Origin: an uncultured Candidatus Thioglobus sp.
GTDB taxonomy: Bacteria > Pseudomonadota > Gammaproteobacteria > PS1 > Pseudothioglobaceae
Assembly (NCBI GenBank): GCA_905620445.1
Contig: CAJQTP010000001.1
Coordinates: forward strand, 13,360 to 77,359
Direction: 5' to 3'
Length of the DNA: 64,000 bases
Both the position numbers and the translations under genes were made by a program. The notes beneath the pieces are model-generated. The model was not told the DNA's origin and searched no databases. It worked only from the letters and a program-made list of their open reading frames with translations. Shown here in pieces: positions 63,928-64,000 of the stretch (position 1 is the stretch's first letter; every line of letters begins with the position of its first letter).

Positions 63928-64000
63928 TTATAAACCTATTATTTTAGATATCGAAATATTGACTTTATCAACTTCATATTTTTCAATTGCAATTTCCCTG
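63928..64000 (-). CDS. 3' end of a probable GT4 glycosyltransferase; gene starts beyond the window
   Basis: Hand translation ...REIAIEKYEVDKVNISISKIIGL*, resembling GT4 C-termini ('R.IA.EKYDV.KVN'). Confidence 0.6.
   Translation of the reverse strand, partial: REIAIEKYEVDKVNISISKIIGL

Overview
AT-rich, gene-dense chromosomal window from a marine gammaproteobacterium. Gene content and order (dsrCMK, oadGAB, shuffled housekeeping operons) suggest the SUP05/Thioglobaceae group; this is inference. Bases 1-53095 are mostly core genes: liv ABC transporter, dapB, kdsA/kdsB/lpxK, trpC, photolyase, thiG/thiS, bioF/bioH, purEK, folD, lolC/lolD, oadGAB, infA, hemD, tsaE, amidase, rplS, xerD, carAB-greA, prmA, alaS, glmS, plus tRNA-Ser(GCT) and tRNA-Leu(CAA). 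After glmS the window becomes a variable surface-glycan island containing a frameshifted FkbM-like gene, a manC remnant, GT9, methyltransferases, galU and a PglF/E/D/C-like bacillosamine pathway. Best candidate for a new system: an MTA/5'-deoxyadenosine salvage cluster (mtnP-apt-mtnA) led by a fused class II aldolase/SDR dehydrogenase, which looks like a DHAP-shunt variant carrying its own aldehyde-processing domain. Also notable: a gltD-dsrC-dsrM-dsrK mini-operon without the other dsr genes, a 482-bp stretch almost free of GpC that encodes an alanine-free solo recombinase-domain protein, and a MazEF-like pair with a degenerate toxin active site but an intact operator and an apparently leaderless promoter. 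No database searches were run; all calls rest on motif recognition.
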